From a virus: DNA of 64,000 nt. The notes beneath the pieces were generated by a model that had not been told where the DNA came from, searched no databases, and was given only the letters and a program-made list of their open reading frames with translations. Location of the stretch: positions 1-64,000 of IMG/VR virus record IMGVR_UViG_3300042564_002302. One strand, given 5' to 3'. This document shows, one piece after another, positions 1 to 5,224 of this stretch; position 1 is the first letter of the stretch; each line of letters opens with the position of its first letter. The position numbers and the translations under genes were made by a program.

Positions 1-57
1 CTCAGGTCGTTTGGGTTTAGGTGTCTAGACTTTGTGTGCTAACCCCCCAAAACCTAT

Positions 58-474
58 TTAGAGATACTTAGCAATCTGCTTCATTGTAGAAGCATTTACT
101 GTTTCCTCATCTGTCATCTTGAGAATTGTGAGAGCATTTGTGATGTCCTCTACAATTTCATTGTATGAGTGCTGGTGCATAACTGTGAAATCACGCTCAG
201 GCTCTTTAGGGAAATCGCTTTCCTTTACAATCAAATCAAAATCAACATTGAGAGAGTTGTTCCAAGAACGATAAGATGTGCGGAAGTTTTCAGCCTTCTT
301 GATGTTTGCAATAGCAAAATCCTGAACTTCCTTTTTCCACTTCTCTCTTGACTTCTCATACTTTGCTTCGTTTGCACCCTGCTCAGCATAGTCTTTCTTG
401 ATAGTTGCCAACTTTGTTTCCAAAGCCTTGATAACCTTCGGTGTTGCCACCTTTACTGTAATTGCTCTTGACAT
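58..474 (-). CDS. hypothetical early protein (138 aa, partly coiled-coil)
   Basis: ORF track; SD GAAAAGGA upstream; own promoter at 511-532. Confidence 0.8.
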   Translation of the reverse strand: MSRAITVKVATPKVIKALETKLATIKKDYAEQGANEAKYEKSREKWKKEVQDFAIANIKKAENFRTSYRSWNNSLNVDFDLIVKESDFPKEPERDFTVMHQHSYNEIVEDITNALTILKMTDEETVNASTMKQIAKYL

Positions 475-510
475 AGTTTTCCTTTTCTTGTAGTGGGTTG
501 TATTTGGAGT

Positions 511-532
511 ATTGTATCAGAGGGGTCTGACA
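511..532 (-). promoter_or_regulatory. TGTCAG-N10-TACAAT promoter (PafBC/RecA-NDp-like), copy 1
   Basis: minus strand TGTCAG acccctctga TACAAT, upstream of SD and ATG at 474. Confidence 0.8.
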
Positions 533-612
533 TTTTACCCCGTAGGGTGAGAGTTCTTACTTACGACATTGGGCGAGAACACTCTCTAAACTGCCCCTGT
601 TTCGTTGTTGGA

Positions 613-759
613 TTACTTGATAGTAGTCCAACGCTCTTTACCACCCACATCTAGGCGGACACGCAAAGAGCCATTTGCGTTCTTGACTACTTCCTCAACC
701 TTGCCTGATACACCAGACTTAGCAGTTGTGAAGGTTTCCCCGATTTTTGGAGTTGTCAT
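613..759 (-). CDS. small basic beta-rich protein (MTTPKIGETF..., 48 aa)
   Basis: start reassigned to ATG 759 behind SD GAAAGGA; the longer ORF in the track would run through the promoter. Confidence 0.75.
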   Translation of the reverse strand: MTTPKIGETFTTAKSGVSGKVEEVVKNANGSLRVRLDVGGKERWTTIK

Positions 760-789
760 TTTTGCTTCCTTTCGTTTGTTGTTGAGAGT

Positions 790-811
790 ATTATAGCGGA
801 TAGGTCTGACA
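790..811 (-). promoter_or_regulatory. TGTCAG-N10-TATAAT promoter, copy 2
   Basis: TGTCAG acctatccgc TATAAT. Confidence 0.8.
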
Positions 812-849
812 TTTAGCCACCCCAATCCCATTATGCGAGATAGTTTTTG

Positions 850-865
850 TGTGATAAAAATCACA
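850..865. promoter_or_regulatory. CRP/GlxR-type site, perfect TGTGA-N6-TCACA
   Basis: TGTGA taaaaa TCACA upstream of promoter copy 2. Confidence 0.65.
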
Positions 866-1046
866 CGGCAGATAACTCATTAGCCCAGCAAGCATCTTCA
901 AACTTGCGGAAATCAAAGTTAGGATTATCAGCAGAGAACATTTCGCCAAACTCAAATACTAAATCCTCAAAAGAGTTTGAAGGTAGTAGGTCTGAGAATT
1001 GTTCCAAGATTTGTGCAGTTCTTACATAGTCCTTGCGTGTCATCAT
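861..1046 (-). CDS. hypothetical protein MTRKDY...DNPNF family (paralog of 3485-3652)
   Basis: ORF track; SD GAAAGG; shared MTRKDYV.TA.IL and DNPNF..KF motifs. Confidence 0.8.
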   Translation of the reverse strand: MMTRKDYVRTAQILEQFSDLLPSNSFEDLVFEFGEMFSADNPNFDFRKFEDACWANELSAV

Positions 1047-1078
1047 TTTAGTTTGCCTTTCGTAGTTGGTATGGGAGT

Positions 1079-1100
1079 ATTATAGCAAAACCCACTGACA
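1079..1100 (-). promoter_or_regulatory. TGTCAG-N10-TATAAT promoter, copy 3
   Basis: TGTCAG tgggttttgc TATAAT. Confidence 0.8.
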
Positions 1101-1137
1101 TTTTCCAGGTGACACGCCGTAATTTCCCGTAAATCCC

Positions 1138-1153
1138 TGTGATAAAAAACACA
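1138..1153. promoter_or_regulatory. CRP-type site (1 mismatch)
   Basis: TGTGA taaaaa ACACA. Confidence 0.55.
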
Positions 1154-1240
1154 CGATCTTAATTTGACTTACTGGCGAGTAGGGCGTGGCGCTGTCGGGC
1201 GTGTTGCCCTAGGCGCATATTTATGCAGAGTTATGAATAA

Positions 1241-1519
1241 TTATTCATATTCATCGTTGCACCAATTTTCTAAGTGGTGCGACATTATAATCTGATTAGC
1301 GGGAGCAGCTAAATTTCCACGCCAAGAAACGCCTTCAGGTAATTCAATCTCACGATAATAATCGCCTTCGTTATATGCTTCTATTGCTTCAATGCAAACG
1401 GGCACCATAGAATAAGGAACGGGCGGATAATGATTATTGCGTAATTGAATTGTAATTGCAGTGTTTAGATCAATACCAAAATCATTTTCTGCAAGTTCAG
1501 TAGATAGTGTATTTCCCAT
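1241..1519 (-). CDS. hypothetical protein (MGNTLSTELAEN..., NHYPPVP motif, 92 aa)
   Basis: start reassigned to ATG 1519, which overlaps the upstream TAA (TAATG coupling). Confidence 0.75.
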   Translation of the reverse strand: MGNTLSTELAENDFGIDLNTAITIQLRNNHYPPVPYSMVPVCIEAIEAYNEGDYYREIELPEGVSWRGNLAAPANQIIMSHHLENWCNDEYE

Positions 1520-1728
1520 TAGCGTGTTACCACCCTTCCATCTCGATAAAAAATCTTTGTGTAGCATTTTGCGCTAGGCGTATAAATATTTACAGTTGAA
1601 TATTCATTAGCCATTCCCCAGTCTTTGAATAGGAAGAAATTTTTCCACGCTTCCATTTCATCGTCATATTTCCCAGTCCAGTGTGGGCTTTCTTCATAGT
1701 CATATTGACAAGTTACTTTGTATTCCAT
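1519..1728 (-). CDS. hypothetical protein (69 aa)
   Basis: ORF track; TAATG-coupled to both neighbours. Confidence 0.75.
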   Translation of the reverse strand: MEYKVTCQYDYEESPHWTGKYDDEMEAWKNFFLFKDWGMANEYSTVNIYTPSAKCYTKIFYRDGRVVTR

Positions 1729-1892
1729 TATTCATTCACCCAATCTAAAGTCAATTCATCTTCTACATCTGCGACACAATCGCAAGGCTCGACATCGTAG
1801 TCATATTCATTTCCAAAAAATACGAAGCCTGCGCCACCGCATTCATCGCAAGGGGCTGCAACAATTTCCATTAGTTGTTTTACATTAGCCAT
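1728..1892 (-). CDS. Cys-containing microprotein (CxxCxGxG...CxC), putative Zn-binding
   Basis: start reassigned to ATG 1892 (MANVKQ...) behind SD GAAAGGA. Confidence 0.75.
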   Translation of the reverse strand: MANVKQLMEIVAAPCDECGGAGFVFFGNEYDYDVEPCDCVADVEDELTLDWVNE

Positions 1893-1893
1893 A

Positions 1894-2007
1894 TTAGTTT
1901 TCCTTTCGTGTTGTTGCGGATATTGTAGCAGATAGCACTGACAAGGCTTCTGCCTTGCTTGCCTCTCGCTGAGCGAGAACGGCGGCTCTAAATTCATCTA
2001 GATTCAT
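1894..2007 (-). CDS. 37 aa microprotein MNLDEFRAAVLAQREASKAEALSVLSATISATTRKEN
   Basis: read by eye; TAATG-coupled to the upstream ORF; contains promoter copy 4. Confidence 0.55.
   Translation of the reverse strand: MNLDEFRAAVLAQREASKAEALSVLSATISATTRKEN
1922..1943 (-). promoter_or_regulatory. TGTCAG-N10-TACAAT promoter, copy 4 (inside a small ORF)
   Basis: TGTCAG tgctatctgc TACAAT, 30 nt upstream of ATG 1892. Confidence 0.75.
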
Positions 2008-2129
2008 TAGATAGCACCTTCCTGAAATAATCCAATTTCAATGTCTAGTAATTCTTCAGGGGTTGCCTTAGATAAATCTACCCAAGACACGCCCTCTTCA
2101 TTTATGCGAGCAAATTCAATGTATCCCAT
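2007..2129 (-). CDS. 40 aa acidic microprotein MGYIEFARINEEGVSWVDLSKATPEELLDIEIGLFQEGAI
   Basis: read by eye; abuts both neighbouring ORFs. Confidence 0.65.
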   Translation of the reverse strand: MGYIEFARINEEGVSWVDLSKATPEELLDIEIGLFQEGAI

Positions 2130-2131
2130 TA

Positions 2132-2341
2132 TTACTCACCTACCTTTACCGCAATAGTTGCGTATTGTGTGCGTATTTTGCCTTTAGCATTTACGCCGAT
2201 TACATAGGCTTCAGTATTTTCACCATACCAAATACCTTCACGCTTTTCAGCGGAGATAATCTCACCCGAAAAAAATCGGTTGCGTGAGCGATAGTGTTTT
2301 CCTATAAGTAGGCTTTCGATAGTGTATAGTTTAGTAGCCAT
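2132..2341 (-). CDS. hypothetical protein (MATKLYTIESLL..., 69 aa)
   Basis: ORF track; ATG 2341 preferred behind SD AAGAAGG. Confidence 0.75.
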   Translation of the reverse strand: MATKLYTIESLLIGKHYRSRNRFFSGEIISAEKREGIWYGENTEAYVIGVNAKGKIRTQYATIAVKVGE

Positions 2342-2375
2342 AAGTGGCACCTTCTTTCTTTGTTGTTATGCCGTA

Positions 2376-2397
2376 AGTATAACAGAACCCACTGACA
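2376..2397 (-). promoter_or_regulatory. TGTCAG-N10-TATACT promoter, copy 5
   Basis: TGTCAG tgggttctgt TATACT. Confidence 0.8.
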
Positions 2398-2446
2398 TTT
2401 TTCACATTACTAGCCAGTAAGTCCAAATAGTAAGACGCTCAAGCCG

Positions 2447-2462
2447 TGTGTTTTATCTCACA
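2447..2462. promoter_or_regulatory. CRP-type site (1 mismatch)
   Basis: TGTGT tttatc TCACA. Confidence 0.5.
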
Positions 2463-2481
2463 CCAAAATGTCCGTTTTGTC

Positions 2482-2554
2482 TGTCAAATCGACACACCGT
2501 AAATCCCAGCCTTTTTTATAACAATTTCATAAAGACACGCCCGACCCCGCCTCG
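2482..2554. repeat. intergenic repeat element: TGTCAAATCGACACACCG (2482-2499) plus AAGACACGCCCGACnCCGCCTCG (2532-2554)
   Basis: 18 bp exact copy at 3386-3403; 22/23 copy at 3337-3359; 11-bp core inverted at 1194-1204. Confidence 0.8.
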
Positions 2555-2579
2555 AATTTTTATGCATTGCGTTGCATAT

Positions 2580-2711
2580 TTATTCAGAGAATTTATTTTT
2601 GTATTTTTGTTTTCGTGAATAAACTTTTTTAGATTTTACAAACGAAGCTGCGTTTGATCTTCGCAACTCCATTAGTTTTCTAATTTGTTCTTTTGTTTTT
2701 TTAAATTCCAT
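2580..2711 (-). CDS. 43 aa very basic peptide (ELRRSNAA...KKVYSRKQKYK)
   Basis: read by eye; TAATG-coupled; SD GAGG. Confidence 0.65.
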   Translation of the reverse strand: MEFKKTKEQIRKLMELRRSNAASFVKSKKVYSRKQKYKNKFSE

Positions 2712-2809
2712 TACCAACACCTCTCACATAACACGGTTAAAAATTCTGCGTCTTCTTCAGACATTTCCATTACGAATTCATCGCAACCTTTACAATTCAT
2801 ATCTTTCAT
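2711..2809 (-). CDS. 32 aa CxxC...CxxC microprotein
   Basis: read by eye: MKDMNCKGCDEFVMEMSEEDAEFLTVMCERCW. Confidence 0.6.
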   Translation of the reverse strand: MKDMNCKGCDEFVMEMSEEDAEFLTVLCERCW

Positions 2810-2980
2810 TTATTCACACTCACAATTTCCATATGGGTCAAACTCGCAGAAGTAGCAACCCATTTGCTCACCGTGAGCCTTGCATACATAAACAAACTGT
2901 GATTCATCACAGCAGAAGTGCTGACGGTCAATGATTTCATAGAATTCATTTTGGTCAATTACAATAGTTGAATTTATCAT
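2810..2980 (-). CDS. 56 aa Cys-rich microprotein (7 Cys)
   Basis: read by eye: MINSTIVIDQNEFYEIIDRQHFCCDESQFVYVCKAHGEQMGCYFCEFDPYGNCECE; ATGA overlap with upstream ORF. Confidence 0.7.
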   Translation of the reverse strand: MINSTIVIDQNEFYEIIDRQHFCCDESQFVYVCKAHGEQMGCYFCEFDPYGNCECE

Positions 2981-3153
2981 TTAGATACCTTCCAATCTCT
3001 CCACATTGGGAGTCTTTCATAGTCGGTATCATCATACCAACTTTCAATATTATTTTCACACACTTCGCAAAATGTGTATCGCATATCATCTACAATAGAG
3101 ATAGCAGGTTTGAAGGGAGTGTGCTCTTTGCACATTGTAATTGTTGAATTCAT
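2977..3153 (-). CDS. 58 aa CxxH...CxxC microprotein
   Basis: read by eye (MNSTITMCKEHTP...FCEVCENNIESW...); SD GAAAGGA. Confidence 0.7.
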   Translation of the reverse strand: MNSTITMCKEHTPFKPAISIVDDMRYTFCEVCENNIESWYDDTDYERLPMWRDWKVSK

Positions 3154-3203
3154 TTGAATTCCTTTCTAGTTTGAGAACCTTTCTCAACTTTCTTTATAAT
3201 GGA

Positions 3204-3225
3204 ATTATAGCAGGGGGGTCTGACA
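3204..3225 (-). promoter_or_regulatory. TGTCAG-N10-TATAAT promoter, copy 6
   Basis: TGTCAG acccccctgc TATAAT. Confidence 0.8.
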
Positions 3226-3336
3226 TTTACTGACGGGTAATGCCACAAATCGGACATTTTGAAATGTGATGTAGGTCATGTGGATAACTCACGCTCAAAT
3301 TCCAGTGTGATGTGCGTCATGTGTATAAACCTGTGG

Positions 3337-3403
3337 AAGACACGCCCGACGCCGCCTCGGAGATCGCAGCGAATTTTTTGCGATATGTCAAATCGACACA
3401 CCG
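3337..3403. repeat. second copy of the intergenic repeat element (two blocks in swapped order)
   Basis: AAGACACGCCCGACGCCGCCTCG 3337-3359; TGTCAAATCGACACACCG 3386-3403. Confidence 0.8.
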
Positions 3404-3484
3404 CAAAAAACTTTTTTATTTTATAAAATTATTAAACCGATTGCTAAAGCTAAGGCGCCTAATAAAATTAAATAAAATTCTGCT

Positions 3485-3652
3485 TTAATTTTTATAAACC
3501 GCCTCTCTAAATTTTGTTTCGTTAAAATTTGGATTATCGCTTGCAAAATATTCGGAGAAATCTTTTACAATATTTCCAGAAACGGCGGGATGAAGATTTG
3601 AAATGTAAGAATTTAAAATCTCTGCAGTTTTTACGTAGTCTTTTCTAGTCAT
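3485..3652 (-). CDS. 55 aa protein, paralog of 861-1046
   Basis: read by eye: MTRKDYVKTAEILNSY...FASDNPNFNETKFREAVYKN. Confidence 0.75.
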   Translation of the reverse strand: MTRKDYVKTAEILNSYISNLHPAVSGNIVKDFSEYFASDNPNFNETKFREAVYKN

Positions 3653-3756
3653 TAGTTTAGTCCATTTTCTCTTAGGTCTTTGATTACAAGGCGGAGCATA
3701 AGTAGCGCAGGAATTCCAATTCCTATTTGCACTAGTGTAGTTAGTAGTCTGTTCAT
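3652..3756 (-). CDS. 34 aa putative membrane peptide
   Basis: MNRLLTTLVQIGIGIPALLMLRLVIKDLRENGLN; TAATG coupling. Confidence 0.6.
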   Translation of the reverse strand: MNRLLTTLVQIGIGIPALLMLRLVIKDLRENGLN

Positions 3757-3894
3757 TTATTTATTCTTCTTTCTCTTATAAATTTTGTAAGCGATTAACG
3801 CAATAGCGGACGGGATCAAAACTTGCCACGATAGGGCTATGTAGCAAACATAGGTGTCAAACTCTAAGCCGTAGTCATTTAGTTCTAGTGTCAT
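3757..3894 (-). CDS. 45 aa putative single-pass membrane peptide with basic tail
   Basis: MTLELNDYGLEFDTYVCYIALSWQVLIPSAIALIAYKIYKRKKNK; SD GAGG. Confidence 0.65.
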   Translation of the reverse strand: MTLELNDYGLEFDTYVCYIALSWQVLIPSAIALIAYKIYKRKKNK

Positions 3895-4049
3895 TACTTA
3901 TTTACCTCTACTTCTCTAATGTTATAGGTAAAGCCTTTACCTAGTTTATTTAGTTCAGCGATTACCGCTAAAATTTCTTCGGGCTTGCTAGCCTTTTGAT
4001 TTACGGCTAATAGTTGAGAGCCTTGCCATAGTGTGTAGGTGATAGTCAT
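3894..4049 (-). CDS. 51 aa hypothetical protein
   Basis: MTITYTLWQGSQLLAVNQKASKPEEIL...; TAATG coupling on both sides. Confidence 0.65.
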   Translation of the reverse strand: MTITYTLWQGSQLLAVNQKASKPEEILAVIAELNKLGKGFTYNIREVEVNK

Positions 4050-4240
4050 TAGAGCATTTCCGCCATTTCTGATAGTAGAGCACTTACTTGCTCATCTGTT
4101 AATTCTTCATCTAGGAAATCCTCATCTTCTGAGGTTTCCATTTCTTCATCTAGGTAGGCGTAGGCGTCTGCTACATCTTCCTGAATTGTATCCCACTTAG
4201 AGTAGGTTGATTGTGTAAAGTTGTAATTTGAGTAAGACAT
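4049..4240 (-). CDS. highly acidic 63 aa protein
   Basis: ORF track; 19 D/E versus 1 K. Confidence 0.75.
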   Translation of the reverse strand: MSYSNYNFTQSTYSKWDTIQEDVADAYAYLDEEMETSEDEDFLDEELTDEQVSALLSEMAEML

Positions 4241-4274
4241 TTTTTATCTTCTTTCTTTAGTAGTTATAGGGTTA

Positions 4275-4304
4275 ATTATAGGGGGACGATTTAGGGAAAG
4301 TCAA
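4275..4304 (-). promoter_or_regulatory. sigma70/SigA-type promoter TTGACT-N18-TATAAT
   Basis: consensus match upstream of 4240; CRP-like TGTGA-N6-GCACA at 4315-4330. Confidence 0.7.
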
Positions 4305-4320
4305 ATCTATTTCGTGTGAT

Positions 4321-4533
4321 TTAGCGCACACGATTAGCGAATACCCACTTACTTTCGTTAGGGGTTAGATAGCGGTGAGAAATCATATTCTCAGAGGCTA
4401 CCATATGAACGAACGCCATTCGGCTAATGTAGTTACCATTAGCAAGGCGGAAGATATTTTTATTCTTAGTGTTAGAGGAAGCCATTGGGTGGCTAGGCTC
4501 TACTACTACTGTTAGTGTATTTAGTGAATTCAT
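4321..4533 (-). CDS. hypothetical protein (70 aa)
   Basis: ORF track; SD GAAAGGA. Confidence 0.75.
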   Translation of the reverse strand: MNSLNTLTVVVEPSHPMASSNTKNKNIFRLANGNYISRMAFVHMVASENMISHRYLTPNESKWVFANRVR

Positions 4534-4648
4534 TTTAGAATTCCTTTCTTTTTATTTGGTTAGTATTTCTAACCTTTTCCTTGACCTAACTTATTTGCCC
4601 TATTGCTAGGGGCTCATTTAGGATTTTCTATTTAATTGTTATGGCTTA

Positions 4649-4677
4649 AGCCTAGCACACCATTTCGGGAAAATCAA
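4649..4677 (-). promoter_or_regulatory. SigA-type promoter TTGATT-N17-TAGGCT
   Basis: actinobacterial-style -10 TAnnnT; CRP-like TGTGG-N6-TCACA at 4688-4703. Confidence 0.6.
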
Positions 4678-4698
4678 GCCCATTTGGTGTGGTGTTGC

Positions 4699-4878
4699 TC
4701 ACACTAGGCGAGGGTCTGTCCTAGAGTCAAACCGCCACTCTGGTGTGGGGCAAGTAGCCTGATGAACTACATATCCTAACCAGTTATTATCACAGTTAGG
4801 GCAAACCATATGCAATGGCTTAGGCATATCCTTAACATCGGACATCCAACTATTTCTATTTTCAAACAGTGAATTCAT
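4699..4878 (-). CDS. 59 aa CxxC...HxxxC microprotein
   Basis: read by eye (MNSLFENRNSW...VCPNC...HQATC...); SD GAAAGGA. Confidence 0.65.
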   Translation of the reverse strand: MNSLFENRNSWMSDVKDMPKPLHMVCPNCDNNWLGYVVHQATCPTPEWRFDSRTDPRLV

Positions 4879-4932
4879 TTTGAATTCCTTTCTTTTTTCT
4901 GTTGATAACCTTTATCAACTTTCTATAGTAGA

Positions 4933-4954
4933 ACTATAACACCTACCACTGACA
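4933..4954 (-). promoter_or_regulatory. TGTCAG-N10-TATAGT promoter, copy 7
   Basis: TTGTCAGTG gtaggtgt TATAGT; CRP-like TGTGA-N6-CCACA at 4993-5008. Confidence 0.8.
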
Positions 4955-5110
4955 AATTGGGGGGTTTTTGGGGTGTTTTTCAAAACTATTTTTGTGATTT
5001 AGACCACATCTAGGGCTATGGGCGCACTAAATGTCCGATTTTTACCTTTTCAGATCGTGCATCATACATGAAAAATATATATTAACATTTTTATAAATCT
5101 GAAAAAGCAG

Positions 5111-5140
5111 TTGACCAAAATAAAAGGGCGGAGGTATAAT
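5111..5140 (+). promoter_or_regulatory. SigA-type promoter TTGACC-N18-TATAAT (leaderless; probably also drives the tRNA)
   Basis: ATG 6 nt after the -10 hexamer. Confidence 0.6.
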
Positions 5141-5146
5141 AAGATC

Positions 5147-5224
5147 ATGAGAACAATACTTGCCATAGCTATAGTCACCACAATGACTTTTATCTTTGGC
5201 ATATGCTTTCAGATATTTGCATAA
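5147..5224 (+). CDS. 25 aa hydrophobic peptide
   Basis: MRTILAIAIVTTMTFIFGICFQIFA; leaderless geometry. Confidence 0.45.
   Translation: MRTILAIAIVTTMTFIFGICFQIFA

Noticed and set aside
1193-1215. TGTCGG on the + strand as a rightward PafBC-type promoter
   Set aside because: No TAnnnT at N10; it belongs to the ACACGCCCGAC repeat.
2460-2499. TTGACA within the 18-bp repeat as a -35 element
   Set aside because: No acceptable -10 at 16-18 bp in this copy and only a weak one in the 3386 copy.
4575-4625. Hammerhead ribozyme in the 4533 leader
   Set aside because: Has only UGAG-stem-AAA similarity; lacks the required CUGAnGA and GAAA core.
1-5050. CRISPR array or integron
   Set aside because: Repeats are short, irregularly spaced and separated by ORFs; no cas or integrase gene and no attC-like structure seen.
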